A stretch of 64,000 bases of DNA from Octopus sinensis. Taxonomy: Eukaryota. Numbering within the stretch: position 1 is the first letter of the stretch; each line of letters starts with the position of its first letter. The stretch is taken from the NCBI RefSeq assembly GCF_006345805.1, contig NC_043014.1, positions 54,250,001 to 54,314,000 of the forward strand, in the 5' to 3' direction. The translations under genes and the position numbers were made by a program. The notes under the pieces are model-generated. The model saw only the letters and a program-made list of their open reading frames with translations, was not told the origin of the DNA and did not search any database. This document shows, piece by piece, positions 1-14,177 of this stretch.

Positions 1-225
1 TTAACCCTTTTGACACAAAAACCAGCCTGAGATTGCTCCTGGGCCTAATGATATAAGCTTTTTATTTTTTTGTGATCTAAATTAAAACTTTCCATCAAAA
101 TTCAATGTTAATTTATGTTAATTTATGCTCCTAACACCGCATTAATAACGACCAAGTTACTTTACAAAATTCTTTGAAACAAAAGGTAAAGGATTTCAAA
201 TGAAATATTCTAACAAAATGGTTAA
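1..225 (+). mobile_element. TTAA-flanked (piggyBac-type) non-autonomous MITE
   Basis: TTAA at 1-4 followed by CCCTTTTG; right end CAAAATGG followed by TTAA at 222-225 (imperfect TIR). Internal sequence is homologous to the element at 1430-1657 in opposite orientation. Confidence 0.65.
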
Positions 226-349
226 AAGAGGAAACATTACAGAAGTCAGGGTTGTCTCTAGTAGACTTGTATAAAATTGTTCCAACTTTTGGCAAAAGGC
301 CAGCAGTTTTAGGAGAGGGGTATAGTCAGTTACAGTGGCTCCAGTACTA

Positions 350-640
350 TAACTGGTATTTTATTATATCAACCCCAAAAGGATGAAAGGCAAGATCAAC
401 CAATGCAGGAATTGAACCCTAAGAGAAATTTTACAAGTCATTTTTCTGACGTGTAAGGGTTCTGCTAATGCACCAACCCTTTTATAATCCTTTCTCTTAG
501 CAGCAAAAGGCCTGAAATTTTTTAAGCAGAGGGAACTAATTGTTTAGATTGACTTGACTGTTTTATTTCATTGACCCCAAAAGGATGAAAATCAAAGTCC
601 ACCTTGGCAGAATCTGAGTCTGAAGACAGACAAAATGCTG
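350..640 (-). mobile_element. Two decayed fragments of SINE family A
   Basis: ATCAACCCCAAAAGGATGAAAGGCAAGATCAAC and TTGACCCCAAAAGGATGAAAATCAAAGTCC match the family A block ATCGACCCCGAAAGGATGAAAGGCAAAGTCGAC, with the CpGs mutated. Confidence 0.7.
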
Positions 641-1429
641 TTAAGAAATCTGTCAGGAACACCAACAATTCTGCCAGCTTGCTGCCTTAACAGTGACAAT
701 AATGGTAATAATAATATGTGCAGGCATGATTGGGTGGGACAAAAGCATGCTTAGCACTCTTGTGATTCTGGGTTCAATCCCACTGCATAGCACCTTGGGC
801 AAGTATTTCTTACCAAATACCTTTAAGTGCTTTAATAGCACTGCTAACACAGGTAGGACAAAGTTTTCATTTATAAAGCTTTAACATACTTTGCAGTAGT
901 ATCATAGGATTGCATAATGAGATCCAGGGTCCCTACCAGCAATTGATCCTCTCCCTACAGAACCAAGCCATATGAGGTGGGGGTGGGGGGCAGAGACTGG
1001 GTGGACACCTGTTAAACAGAGTGTACCTACTGCAATGTGGTAGACTTAATTCATCGGTCAGTTTAGCACAATCATCCAGGGCTTGGGTGTTTCTTTAGCA
1101 GAGGATCCACATTATTGCAAGCATCAGATCGAGTCTTATCTGAAGATAATCATGGTTCAAGGTTTTTCCCTCCTTTTCTTCTACCAATTTTAGAAACTCT
1201 ACAGAATGCAGTTCTTCCTCTTCTGACTCAGCCATAAAACAAAAACAGAGAAACTTCTTTCTAGTCCCAGGGTGGCAGCCAAACCATCATCTGCCAACTG
1301 GTCATTGCCCTTAATATGGAAACATGCCAAGGTTTTTGGTATCCATCTGAGACTACCTCTGGTTCGTAGGATATGAAACTTATTTTAAAGTGTTCGTATT
1401 TACATCAAAGTTTCCTCTCATAATTTTAA

Positions 1430-1657
1430 TTAACCCTTTCGTTAATATTATTTTGAGAGCTCTTGTGTTCTTTTAATTACTTTAAATATAACAAAAAATT
1501 TAGTAAAATAACTTAGTTATCATTCAGCTAGTGTAGGAACATAAATTGCGACTAAGGTTTGGTGGAAGATTTTAATTCAAAAACCTTATGAAAACAAGGA
1601 CATTTGTATACAAAGCCAGAGGCGTGTCAGCACCGGGTTGGTAATGAAAGGGGTTAA
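1430..1657 (-). mobile_element. TTAA-flanked (piggyBac-type) MITE, same family as 1-225
   Basis: TTAA (1430-1433) CCCTTTCGTTA ... TAATGAAAGGGG TTAA (1654-1657). Interior aligns to 60-180 in reverse complement. Confidence 0.75.
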
Positions 1658-2193
1658 GAACCTTTTGTCAAAATACGGTTTCAAAACTGCTAACGAGGAG
1701 GAACTCTTCAGAAAATTTCTTTAAAGAAGGAGAAAATTGGATGGGTCAGACATGTGACATGATGCCATGACACTGAACATTTAGGGAGTTTAGAGATGCA
1801 TGGATATCTCCTCCTCCTCCCTGTAAGAGAGGGATGGAGGAAAATTAGAAAGAGGGGGGGGATGAGTGATAAGAAGGAATGAAGAAGAATGAAGAGGAAG
1901 GAGCTGCCAGAAAATGTGAGAGATGAAGGTGGGAAGTTTGTGTCTTGCTTAAGCCGAGGATTTTGAGTGAATGCACCGTGTAAATTGAACTACATCCCTC
2001 TGATAAATGATATAAAAAAAAAATTGTCAGAGCTTAAAAGAAATCAATGTTTAAACAAAAAGAAGTTAATTCAAAAAGATTTATAGAAAAAAAAAAATCG
2101 AAAATCCAAGAATAATTTATAATGAGAGGAAAAAAATGAAAATCAGAATTAAAGTATTTTCTTAATCCTCTCATGCTTTCTTCCAATAATAAA

Positions 2194-2248
<55 letters not shown>

Positions 2249-2274
2249 TACATACATACATACATACATACATA

Positions 2275-2490
2275 CGCACACATCAACCCATCCTTGTAGC
2301 TCTTCATCAAGCAAAAGTGTTTATATATGCTGACATTTAATCCTGATGTCCACCTATCAACTTTGCTGGCTTATTTTAATTAATGCAATGAACTGGATTA
2401 ACTGTGGAACAGGAGATAAAGTCAATAGTAATCTGCTCTTCCCAAACGGATTTAAATCTTTGTTAAATTTTTAGTGAGATAAAAAGGATA

Positions 2491-2521
<31 letters not shown>

Positions 2522-2778
2522 CCACATACATACATACATACATACATACATACATACATACGCACACATCAACCCATCCTGTAGCTCTTCATCAAGCAAA
2601 AGTGTTTATATATGCTGGACATTTAATCCTGATGTCCACCTATCAACTTTGCTGGCTTATTTTTAATTAATGCAAATGAACTGGATTAACTGTGGAACAG
2701 GAGATAAAGTCAATAGTAATCTGCTCTTCCCAAACGGATTTAAATCTTTGTTTAAATTTTTAGTGAGATAAAAAGGGA
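2275..2778. repeat. Near-identical tandem duplication of about 213 bp separated by (TA)n/(CATA)n
   Basis: 2275-2488 and 2561-2778 differ only by single-base homopolymer indels (gctgac/gctggac, ttttaat/tttttaat, gcaatg/gcaaatg, gttaaa/gtttaaa, ccttgt/cctgt, aaagga/aaaggga). Confidence 0.95.
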
Positions 2779-2944
2779 GAACAGGACATGCCCCGTTCTT
2801 AAGCATTCCTACATGAAGCAATGGGGAAGGATTTGTTTTGTTTTTTGGCTGAATAATTAAAAGGTTTTAGTGGCAGAGTATTAACGATGGGAAGAGAATG
2901 TTAGAGGGAGGAGAGATTGGGCAAAGGTCTCAGTCAGAACAGTG

Positions 2945-3375
2945 CAGGTAGGGCTGGGCATGGTAAAAAACCCACTACCAAACCACATGGTTGTAGGTTC
3001 AGTCCCACTGCATGGTAACTTGGCCAGCTATTTCCTACTGTAGCCTCAGGCTGACCAAAGCTTTTTGAGTGGACTTGGTAGGCAGAAGTGTGTGTGTGTG
3101 TGTGTGTGTGGTGTGTGTGTGTGTGTGGTGTGTGTGTGGTGTGTGTGGTGTGTGTGTGGTGTGTGTGTGTGTGTGTGGTGTGTGTGTATGTCTTGTCACC
3201 GCTTGACAACCAGTGTTGGTTTGTTTGCATCCCTGTAACTTAGCAGTTCAGCAAAAGAGACTAATAGAATAAATACAAGGCTTAAAAAGAAATAAGTGCT
3301 GAGGTTGATTTGTTTTACTAAAATTCTTGAAGGTGGTGCTCCAGCATGGCCATAGTCTAATGACTGAAACAAGTG
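2945..3375 (+). mobile_element. Decayed tRNA-derived SINE family B with internal (TG)n
   Basis: GGTTCAGTCCCACTGCATGG head, TTGGCCAGC/GGACTTGGTAG body and CTCCAGCATGGCCATAGTCTAATGACTGAAACAAG tail, all matching intact copies at 43674 and 58608. Confidence 0.8.
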
Positions 3376-3903
3376 GAAGATAGAAAGATGTATATATGAA
3401 TGTGGGAAGGGGTGAAACTATATTTAGAATGTGACAACAGAAGCAAGAAATGGGAAAGTGTTTGCTTATTAAGGAGACATCAATTATAGAGGACACTCGT
3501 GTGGGGGGGACACGGTTGTCTTGACATCCTGTGTGATGAGTCATCCGTCGTCTTCCATGGAAATGTGTCTGGCCATGGGGAATATGTTCTGTTGCCTAGA
3601 AACAGATGAGAGTTGGTGACAGGAAGAGCATACTACCAAAGAAAATTTGCCTCAACAAATTCCGTCCAACTCATGCAGTCATGGAAAAGGGGATGTTAAA
3701 TGAAGATGGTGGTTTGAGGGTTTAAAGTTTGGTTTTCCTAGAAAATATATTGGGTTTTGATTAAAAAAAAAAATTCAGTTTTTTTGTTTTATTTTCTTGC
3801 TTTTTTTTGTTTGGTGGGGGGAGGGGTCCTAAGATTTGTATTTTGTTGGAAAAATAAAAAGAGATAAAATTTGCATTTGATTAAACTATTCCAAACCTCA
3901 TCT

Positions 3904-4026
3904 TTAACCCCTTTGGTACCACATTTATGCTGAAATACACTGTTTTTGCTTTCAAATAATTTTGAAAAAAATGAAGAATTTGGTAAAAAAATTTTATTAT
4001 TGGTAGATTGGTACCTAAAGGGTCAA
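3904..4026. mobile_element. Short TTAA-type MITE remnant
   Basis: TTAACCCCTTTGGTACC ... GGTACCTAAAGGGTCAA inverted termini. Confidence 0.55.
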
Positions 4027-4990
4027 AGATGGAAAATCTTTGAATAGTTTCACCTATCCTCACTTACATTTGATTTGATCTCTGATCATTAACAGGTGAC
4101 TAATTCCTGGACATGTACATTGTGTCAGACTGAATTTGAACCAGAAACCTTTATTTCTAAACTAGAGAGAATACCATTCTTATTCTCAAAGCCACTGATG
4201 AATATATGCACACATTTATACCTGTAATTATATAGGTACACATCCAGGAATAAAAAAAAAACCAACCTGATGGTGAAAATCAAAGTGATGGACTGTGGTC
4301 ATCACCCACACTGGCAACAGATGGATGTGCTGGTGTGGATGGGTGTAAATATTAGAAAAAGTGTAATTTTTCAAATCATTAACCATATTTATAGAGATGA
4401 CAATCATATTACCTACAATTCATCTCATTTAGACAGGATTTGAAAGATTTCCAAGTAAAATTACAGAATTAGAAAAATGGTGATGTCTACAGTTATTTGA
4501 AGAGAAGCTTTGCTGCTGAACAGAAGATTCTTAGAAATGTCTTGCACACGTTTAGAATCCCATTCAGCTTTCTAAGGCAATTTGAATGCTTCTTATAATA
4601 GCATGCCTTTTAAATATCTTAACGATATCTTTTTAGTTTACCTGTGTCAGTCAGGTATTGAATTGGATAACATACCATGGTAATAAGAGAGAGAGGAGAA
4701 ATGAGAAATAGATGGTAAATGCAACAAGAAAAACTGTAATGACGATGATGACAACGGTGATGATGGCAAATCTAGAATCCTCTCAGAAGCACAGCACTTA
4801 ATAAATCCTCTAATTAGCAAAACATTCTTCAGATTTCTATAAAACATATTTCATGCAGCTTGCTGCTTTCATCTCAAATCTCCACTTGTGTTTACCTGTT
4901 TACCACTGAACAATACCACCACCACCACCACCACCACCACCACCACCTCCTCCGTCTCCACCACCACCACCACCAGTCTTTACCATTCAC

Positions 4991-5049
4991 CTGTTCTACA
5001 GAACTGAGAGCAGTCTCAAACCTCATCCTAACACTGAGAGTTTCTTAAT
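4991..5049 (-). other. Candidate spliced exon (probably 5' UTR or start exon) of a leftward gene; alternative donors at 4903 or 4895
   Basis: Strong acceptor TTCTTCTTATCTTTCGCAG|ATTAAG (AG at 5051-5050) and donor CAG|GTGAAT (4990) or CAG|GTAAAC (4895). All three frames contain a stop before an internal ATG (MRFETALSSVEQ up to the 4990 donor). No homology recognised. Confidence 0.35.
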
Positions 5050-7594
5050 CTGCGAAAGATAAGAAGAAATAAGAGGAAAGGAGGAAGAATCGGTTGAAAG
5101 CGTCGTTGCTTAACAACTCTGGAGATGTTGCAACTGTCGTTTGTCACACTTTAATTGGCTGAGCAAAACAGGTAGAGACACGGCGGCCCTGGGAGCGAAG
5201 ACGTCTGCTTCACTGTCAGATGGTTTGGGGTTCAATACCAACTGTTTGACTTCTACATAACCTTGGTGGTGATCCAAGGAAACTGTGCAGAAGCCTAGCA
5301 GATGGACTATGACTGTCCCTGCTGTTGGCTGGTCAACTTAACAAACATGGCCACCACACAGTTTTATTCCACCAACTGGTACCTGGGTGCCTTTAACAGA
5401 ATCCAAATATTTCAAGCATTTGCACCCGGGATTTGGTCTGTGTGTGCATGAAACATCCATCCATACAGGCACACACACCCCCACCTATCCATACATACAC
5501 CCATCCATCCAGGCCTGTGCAGTGAAGAAGTTCACTTTCCAACCATGTGGCCACAGGTTCAACTTCACTATTTGGTACTTGGGGTAAATGCCTTCCACTA
5601 CAACCCTAGGGAGATCAAAGTCTTATGGATGGATTTGGTAGAGAGAAAATTAAAGAAGCCCAGTGTGTGTGTGTGGGGGGGGGGTGATGTTTGTTTACAG
5701 TTGTGCTTCTCCAAAAGCATTGCAGAATCCAAAGCAGTGACAATGTTGTCATTTCCTCTGTTGAGAAAACATCTGTTGGTTTTATACCTTTAATAAATGT
5801 GGAATAAGAGATCTCTTACTTGAAACACAAGTAAGGGTTAGCAACCAAAAGAGCATCCAGCTGTAAAATAAGGCCCCAATAATATATTCATCTAACCCAT
5901 GCCAACATGGAAAAAGATATAAAATGGAATGGATGAATATAAATCTAATAAAGGGTTCTTCCTGCCTTCATTCTCTTCTCAATAGTTTTGGAGCTTGGCA
6001 AGAAGGGGCCACAGGTTTTGACCCTGCTTCTCTGACTAAACTGGTGGTGGCATTAATTCATGTCTGAGTGTTAAGTCTGAAGAGAGTGAATGAGCCTCTT
6101 CATATTAAAGAAAATTGCCAACATGTGACTCCTGACTAGGGGTTTACAACTGACTAGGCCTGTTCCGGTTACCCAGTTTACCATTGCTACTGGACGTAAG
6201 GAAGGAAGGAAGTGGAGACGCCCATAGTTCAAGCCACAAATGGCCTCCACGTGATTTTGTTTAGGGAGGGAGGACCACCTGCTGCAATCACAAGGCTCAC
6301 GCACTTAGACACCGACTGTTACCAGTGGAACCACTGGAATCAGTGACATGCTGGATCTGGTTAGGGCAGTCGTAATGTTCTGCTGAATGTCTCAGATGTA
6401 ATCAAGATCTGCCTTGTTCACACCATCCTGCATGGTAGCAATGGTTTTGTATCAGAGTTTCCTTCTTCTAGGCAGACTATTTTCAAGGCTGACAAGCTCC
6501 ACACAAGCTAGTTTAGCCATAATTGGGACCCTCACAAGTACTCCTGCTCTGGGTCAGAGTAGACCTGGGAACAACAGGGGCTGATGGGCAGTTCAGCACT
6601 CCTCAAAATGCTGGAACCCTTGTACAAAGGCCCCACCACGAGATGCAGTTGAAAGTCTTACCCAAGACATTCCGACTCAGCCATGAAATAAAGTGGGGGA
6701 AAAAAAAAGGTGAGGTTTCACTGCACGTGCTGAAGGGAGTGAATCAGATGAAGATATTTTTTAAGATTTGATTGAAGTGCAGGAAGACAGAGCTAATTTA
6801 TCAACAGGAAGAGATTCTGATAACCTACATAGAGACAGATACGCAAGTAGAAAACCTCCACTTACTACTACTACTACTACTATACTACTACTACTACTAC
6901 TACTAAGCAAAGAGGGAGTCTATATGGTTGTTCAAACTGCTAAGAATAGCAGTTAAATGTCCTTCAAACTGTATACCCTATTGCCTTAAAAAGAAAACAA
7001 AATGACAGACACACTGGCTAATGTAGTGTCAGCTACAAGATGGACTGGACTTGTCTGGAATGCCACTGATCATGGCTTTACCCAAACGAGACTGGTCTCG
7101 GGGTTAAACAATAAAACAACAACTATTATCAGCAGAGTTAATCTCTTCCTGAGAGAGGTCAACTGAAGCAAACAAGCTGTGACCCTGATATCATTGAAAT
7201 GCTTAAGCTTCACAGAGAGCCAGGTGAGAGAGTGAGTGAGTGCACTTTACTGAAATGAAGCTCACCACCACCACCACCACCACCACAACCACCACCACCA
7301 CCACCACCATACCACCACATCACCACCATCACCACCACCACCACCACCACAACCACCGCAACACCACCACCGCAACACTTACTTTTAACAGCTGAACCTG
7401 GGAAGATGTTACAATAAATATCAAAACCAGTCTTATCTACAAAGTGTAGAGTTGCAGAGACAAATACTTTCTTTGTGTGTGTTTGAGAGGAGAGAGAGAG
7501 AGAGAGAGAGTGTGTGTGTGTGTGTGTGTGTTTGAGAGCAAACTTCTTAACTACACAGCTATATATACATACATACATACATACATATATATAT

Positions 7595-7764
7595 AGGTAA
7601 AGGTATAGCTGTGTGACAAGAGGTTTCCTTCCCAACCACGTGGTCCTGGGTTCAACCCCCCTGTATGGCACCCCGGTTAAGTGCCTTCTATCAGCCTTGG
7701 GTTGATCAATACCTTGTGAGTGGATTTGGAAGACGGAAACTGTAAGAAACCTCTGTGTGTGGTG

Positions 7765-7804
<40 letters not shown>

Positions 7805-7985
7805 ATGTCCCACTACTGGTTGACAAAGGTATTGGTTTGTTTACATCCCCATAACTTAGCAATTCAGCAGAAGGGAATGACAGCATAAGTACAAGGCTTA
7901 AAAAAGTACTGAGACAGATTCATTTGACTAAAAGATTCTTCAGGGTGGTGCCCCAGCATGGCCACAGTCTAAAGACTGAAAAAGT
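7595..7985 (+). mobile_element. Decayed SINE family B
   Basis: CCAACCACGTGGTCCTGGGTTCAACC head, GTGGATTTGGAAGACGGAAACTG body, (TG)n, CCCCAGCATGGCCACAGTC tail. Confidence 0.8.
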
Positions 7986-7999
7986 AGACATTAAAACCA

Positions 8000-8031
<32 letters not shown>

Positions 8032-9620
8032 AATTAGCCCCAATTAAACATTCTGCAGGACAGTGAACTTTTAAATTCTCCTAATGGTAATTATCGTTAT
8101 CATTGTTGCCATTTATTTATTAATCAATAAATTACGATAGATTCTGTAATGCATATTCATGCAGCGTATCTCAAGCAAATCAGTTGAACAGGCACCATTC
8201 TTCTCCAAGAGAAATGGTCAATAGTTTATGGATCTCATAAATTCCTAATTCTGAAATATTGATTATGGCCATCGAACCTATGAAAGAATCAATTGTTTAT
8301 GGTGGTGGTTGTTGTTGTTTGGCCCTAGGACAGCCTTGGTTGATCAGGCCTGTCATGAAAAACCTTCCAACCATGAACATCCCGTCTATTTTAACAGTCT
8401 AAGAACAGGTTATTCAGTGTCCAACCACATTTCATTTTCAAAAAGATTTGGCATCTATTTCTTGCAACAGCCATGCTGCACAATTGCCTAGCAAACCTTT
8501 TACTGCTTTGTTCCTCTATTTCTATTGAAACGGAGTGTGAGGGTGTGTGGCCTAGTGGTTAGGATATTGCACTCACGACTGCTAGCTCATGGGTTCAATT
8601 CCTGAACAGGGTGGCCATCATTTTAAAGCTCAACCCGTTTTGGCCTGGGTTGGACAGTTCGGCAAGAGCTGGCAAGCTCAAATGGCTGTTTCAGCATGGC
8701 TTTTACAGCTGGATGCCTTTCCCCAATGCCAACCATTTTACAAAGTGTACTGGGTGCCTTTTACATACCATCAACACCAGTGAAGCTGTCAAATAACTTA
8801 CAAGACAGGAAAAGAAAAAGCCCCACCTTGTTTTAATGGGGTTGGAGTATTTGAGAGTGGGGCGGCAGCTTTATACCAGGAGTTGAGGGGCTAAAGGAAC
8901 AAACGCAGGTATCTTGTTATAAGGTGAGACATAGTGGCTGACCTGCATTATATACATACATGCATACACACACATATCTATCTTATGTCTTGGGAGGGTC
9001 ATTACACCAGCACACACACTGGTTCAATATCACTTCAAATGGTATATTTCTAACCAACTAATTGATTGTTTAATGTGCTGGTTAAACAATCAGTTGTTTC
9101 TCTCTCTCTCTCTCTCTCTCTCTTTCAAATATATATCACTGAGAGAAGAGAGAGAGAGAGAGAGAGACAGAGAGAGACAGACAGACAGACAGAGAGAGAA
9201 GACAGAGACAAACACACACATCCCAAAAGATGCATTTTTATCACTGTGTATTGTAATGTTTGCTTAAGTGTTGTTCTTGAGGCAAAATAAAGAAAATATC
9301 ATTTATTTAAATATCATAACTGTTGATATTTCAAAGAAAAAAGAAAATTTCGTAAAACATGTTGAAAGAATTAGCATCATTTTAAGCAGAAATTTTAAAA
9401 GAAATTCTTGCATCAATTCCAAATTAAAAGATGATTTATCATATTTGTTTTTTTAATTTTTGTTTTTGTTTTCTTTCTAAATCTCTCTGACACTAACAAG
9501 AAAACAATGGCAGAGGGAAAAAAATAAAACAATTCTTTTCAATTATAATATTAATCTTTTTGGTTTTTCATTTCGCTTGAAAATTCTCATTTCTACATGA
9601 AAGATTTAAATCTTTAATTA

Positions 9621-10140
9621 GTGATACACACACAATATATACACACACACCCTCTCTCACATATATATATATATATATACATACACACACCTTCTCTCAA
9701 TATATACACACCAATAATACCACCACATACTATATATATATACATACACCACCCTCTCTCATATATATTATTATATATACATACACACACCTCTCTCATA
9801 TATATATATATACATACACACACCTTCTCTCAATATATACACACATATATACACACACATACTATATATATATACATACACACACCCTCTCTCATATATA
9901 TATATATATATACATACACACACCCTCTCTCAATATATACACACATATATACACACACAGACTATATATATATACATACACACACCCTCTCTCAATATAT
10001 ACACACATATATACACACACAGACTACACACACATACATATATACACACACGCATACAAACACAATATATCTACACACACATACATATATACAAACACTG
10101 ACTTTAACACACATGCATATACAAACCCACACACATATGC
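9621..10140. repeat. Compound (TA)/(CA)/(CT) minisatellite
   Basis: Repeated TATATATACATACACACACCCTCTCTCA-type units; explains the 199-aa H/T/I/Y-rich ORF. Confidence 0.9.
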
Positions 10141-10618
10141 TTGTAGATAGACAGACCCCCCCCCCACACCATCTTCATGCCATTCCTTCCCTAAACGTTG
10201 CTATATATAATACAACATGACCAGTATTAAAATCATACTGAAGTAATTAAACCAAAGAATCGTTAATTTACACTCCCCCCACCCCTTTAATATATACATG
10301 AAAAAGAAAATTTTTTTGGTGTGAAATCAAGTGTCTCCTTTAATCCAGTTTGAGAAAATTCACTTCAGTCTCTGACCTGACAATTCTTATTTAAAAGGAA
10401 TTTTTTTTTTTAAATTTCCAAAAGGCTATCATTACAAGTGTTAAGTTATGAAAGATGATGAGGAGGTGACTGGTGGTGATGGTGATGATGATGCTGTTCA
10501 TGATGATATCAAGGGTCATCCTCAATGTGATAATGGCAGTCTTTGCAAATTTCTCAACAAGCCATCACAGAACAACTAAGAAAAAGTTTACAGCATAAAC
10601 GTTTCCATTAGTCAGAAA

Positions 10619-10672
<54 letters not shown>

Positions 10673-12944
10673 CACTACTACATTTTATTTTTTACTGATA
10701 ACTTATTTGTAATCTGATGAAGGCTTCCCACTCATGTGAGAGGAGAGCATGTTTGCCACAAACCTACACAAGCACAACCAAAAGCAAGTTTCCCTCAATA
10801 TTTGATGATTTGTTAATTAACAATTAACATTATAATTAATTAAAAGTATCTATATATGTGATGAAGAAAATACAAAGTCGTTTCAATAACTCACACTATT
10901 CTAATCAGTTAAGCAAGCAGGGGGAGACAATTCTGAACGGCTTTCAGTCTTATTAAAAACCTCTTCAGCAAAGCATAGACTGTATTTGCTGAAGTGGTGA
11001 CCAGAGAATCTCTAATTAGATCAACAATATCATACACAAATCATCTCCTCATCAGTTTAACATCCACTTTTCCATGCTTGCATGGATTAGATGGAATTCA
11101 TTGAGGCTGGAGGTGCTTCTTCTCATCAAACCTCACCTGTTTCCAAGTAAGGAAATATTTCCCCCACGACTAGACATGCTTTCGTTGAAGATAAAATGAA
11201 GACCCCTACTTTTATGATGGTAACACTTGTTTACATGTCAAAATAAGACACTACATGCGCACACACACATACATCCTGTGAGTACTAAGTGATCTTACTG
11301 GTACCAAAAAAAAAAAAGGCACTCAATACTCAAAGTAAAGTGGTTGATTAGGAAGGACATCCAGCTGTGGTAGGAACCATGGCAAAGCAGGCATTGGAAC
11401 CCTCTGGCCCATAGAAATATCCACCCCCTGCTAGTATAGACAAAGGGATGTTAAGATCACACACACACACACAACAGGCTTTTCCCACTTTCCGTTTACT
11501 AAATCCTCTCACAAGGCTTTCATTGGCCTGGGGCTATAGAAGACACCCAAGATGCCATGCAATGGGGCTGAACTTAAAACCATGTGATTGGGAAGCAAAC
11601 TTATTGAACCCCAAAACCACACCTGTGTGCCTATAACAAGCAGGCAGAGAAATTGGCATAAAAAGAGATTAATTACTAAGAGGCACCATCCATATAAAAA
11701 AAAAAACAACTAAAAACCAATGTTAATTAACATATTTAATATACTGAGTGTCAAACGATTTAATTACATAGAGTGGGGAAGACAACTCAGACATGTTTTG
11801 TCTTATTAGACCTCATCATCATTAACTAACCATAACTGCTGGAGCTTGGATGAAAGACTTCCTGAATAGATGAAATACCATTCGCTGCATGGATCATTCT
11901 GGAATCTACATCCTTTTACCAATGGAACAGTTTTTTGACATTTATTTTTAATGAAGTTAGCTTTCAGCCTCGGCTCGTTTAGATAAATTTTTGGCAGCCC
12001 CAAAGAGACCCCCAAGTCTATTACAATAATAAATTAAATAGAAATAACCATGGAAAATGGTCTCAGATCTCAAAATATTCCAGAATAAACGCACTTGTGT
12101 TTATTTAGTAAATAAAACAAACCATTACGGAGCTCAGCAAATTGGTAACATTGGACTAATTAAATATACACTCCATCACAATGAACCCTACCTCACATTT
12201 TTTTTCTCACTTACAAATTCAACCTACACCAACCAATGAAGGAGCTGCTATGAAGTTACTCAAGCTGCTAGAAATAGCAACTAAATTTTTCAAATCACAA
12301 ACAACCTCATAACAAAAAAAAAAAAAAAAAGGGGAGACCGTAATGGACAATTTAATCCTCTAAGTACAAAAAGGTTGAATGGTCAAGGTGGAATAGCTTT
12401 AGTCATACACAGATCTGTTCAATCAAGACTGACAAAAGGTTAAACAACAGTCCAGCTTAACTTCTACAAGGCAGGTTATTCAACATGCTAGAAATGATAG
12501 CTATATCCCTTTGAATTGTCGTTTTTAAAATGGAGGCATACATTGGATAATGTAATTCTGTAAAGAAGTCCAAGAGCAAAACCTTGGGCAAGGACCAGAG
12601 CTTCAGGTTGACCAATGGTACCTTGTGAATGGAGTTTGGGAAACGGATGGTGCAGACAGATATCCAGTTTTGTTTGACCCAGGATCAAAGAAAAGACTTG
12701 GAGCAACCCAAGGAGACAGACCCTTGGGCAATATAGCACATGACAGGATGGAACCTGGATCCTTGTGATTGTTGTTTGACCACTTGACCATGCCTGCATC
12801 CAACACACAGCAAAACAAATCAGTCAGCTAAAATGTCTCAATGACTCATTAAGTTGACCTTTCCCCACACAATTCAAAGATATTCCATTGTGGAGAGTAG
12901 CCATGCGGATGATGTGGAGTAGTGGTCAGTTACTGGAAAATCAA

Positions 12945-13165
12945 GGCGGCGAGCTGGCAGAAATGTTAGCACGCCGGGCGAAATACGTAGCCGTATTTCG
13001 TCTGCCGTTATGTTGTGAATTCAAATTCCGCCGAGGTCAACTTTGCCTTTCATCCTTTCGGGGTCGTACCAGTTACGCACTGGGGTCGATGTCATCGACT
13101 TAATCCGTATGTCTGTCCTTGTTTGTCCCTTCTGTGTTTAGCCCCTTGTGGGTAGTAAAGAAATA
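12945..13165 (+). mobile_element. Young full-length SINE family A
   Basis: GGCGGCGAGCTGGCAGAA head, TTCAAATTCCGCCGAGG B-box-like motif, GCCTTTCATCCTTTCGGGGTCG core. Perfect 17-bp TSD AGTTACTGGAAAATCAA at 12928-12944 and 13166-13182. Confidence 0.92.
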
Positions 13166-13812
13166 AGTTACTGGAAAATCAAATGGGTCATCACACTGGT
13201 TCAATTCCTGGACGTGTAATGTCAGCAAGCAGGACTGACAATGCACAAGCAAGTTGGATAGTGTCATCTTTCGGTGGTCCTTCATCATCTGGTGCACGCA
13301 CACACACAAGGAAAACCAGCCAACTCTGTGACTTTTAAATCAAGTTTTTGTGGCATGGATGCCACTCCATCGCCAACCATTCTATTGTGCCATCAACGCT
13401 TGAGAGATTTTCTATGGCAAAACTGAAGAATCCCTTCTACATTTTTTCTTTTTGCATTTCCACTTCAGAACCATTATTTTTTCTTTTTTTTATTTTGTTT
13501 CCCTCATGCCAGAATGGCGAAGACAATCTAAAATGATGGTACGTGTGTACGTATGACAATATACTCAAACAGAAATATACATAAATATATATACACACAA
13601 TACACAGGCACACATGTGTACACACACACACATATATGCGCACACATACATACATTTAGTGCATAACAAAGAGAATGAATTTAACATAGAACTTAGCAAA
13701 ATCCACAAAGAAAGATTTGAATTAAAAAAAAAAAGGCCATTAGAAAATATTCACATGAATTGTTGGTCATATCCTTTTGTTTCTGTCACTTTGGTGGTGA
13801 TGGTAATTTTGT

Positions 13813-14177
<365 letters not shown>

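Noticed and set aside
10960-10995. Hairpin CTTCAGCAAA...TTTGCTGAAG as a miRNA
   Set aside because: The stem is only about 10-13 bp, too short for a pre-miRNA.
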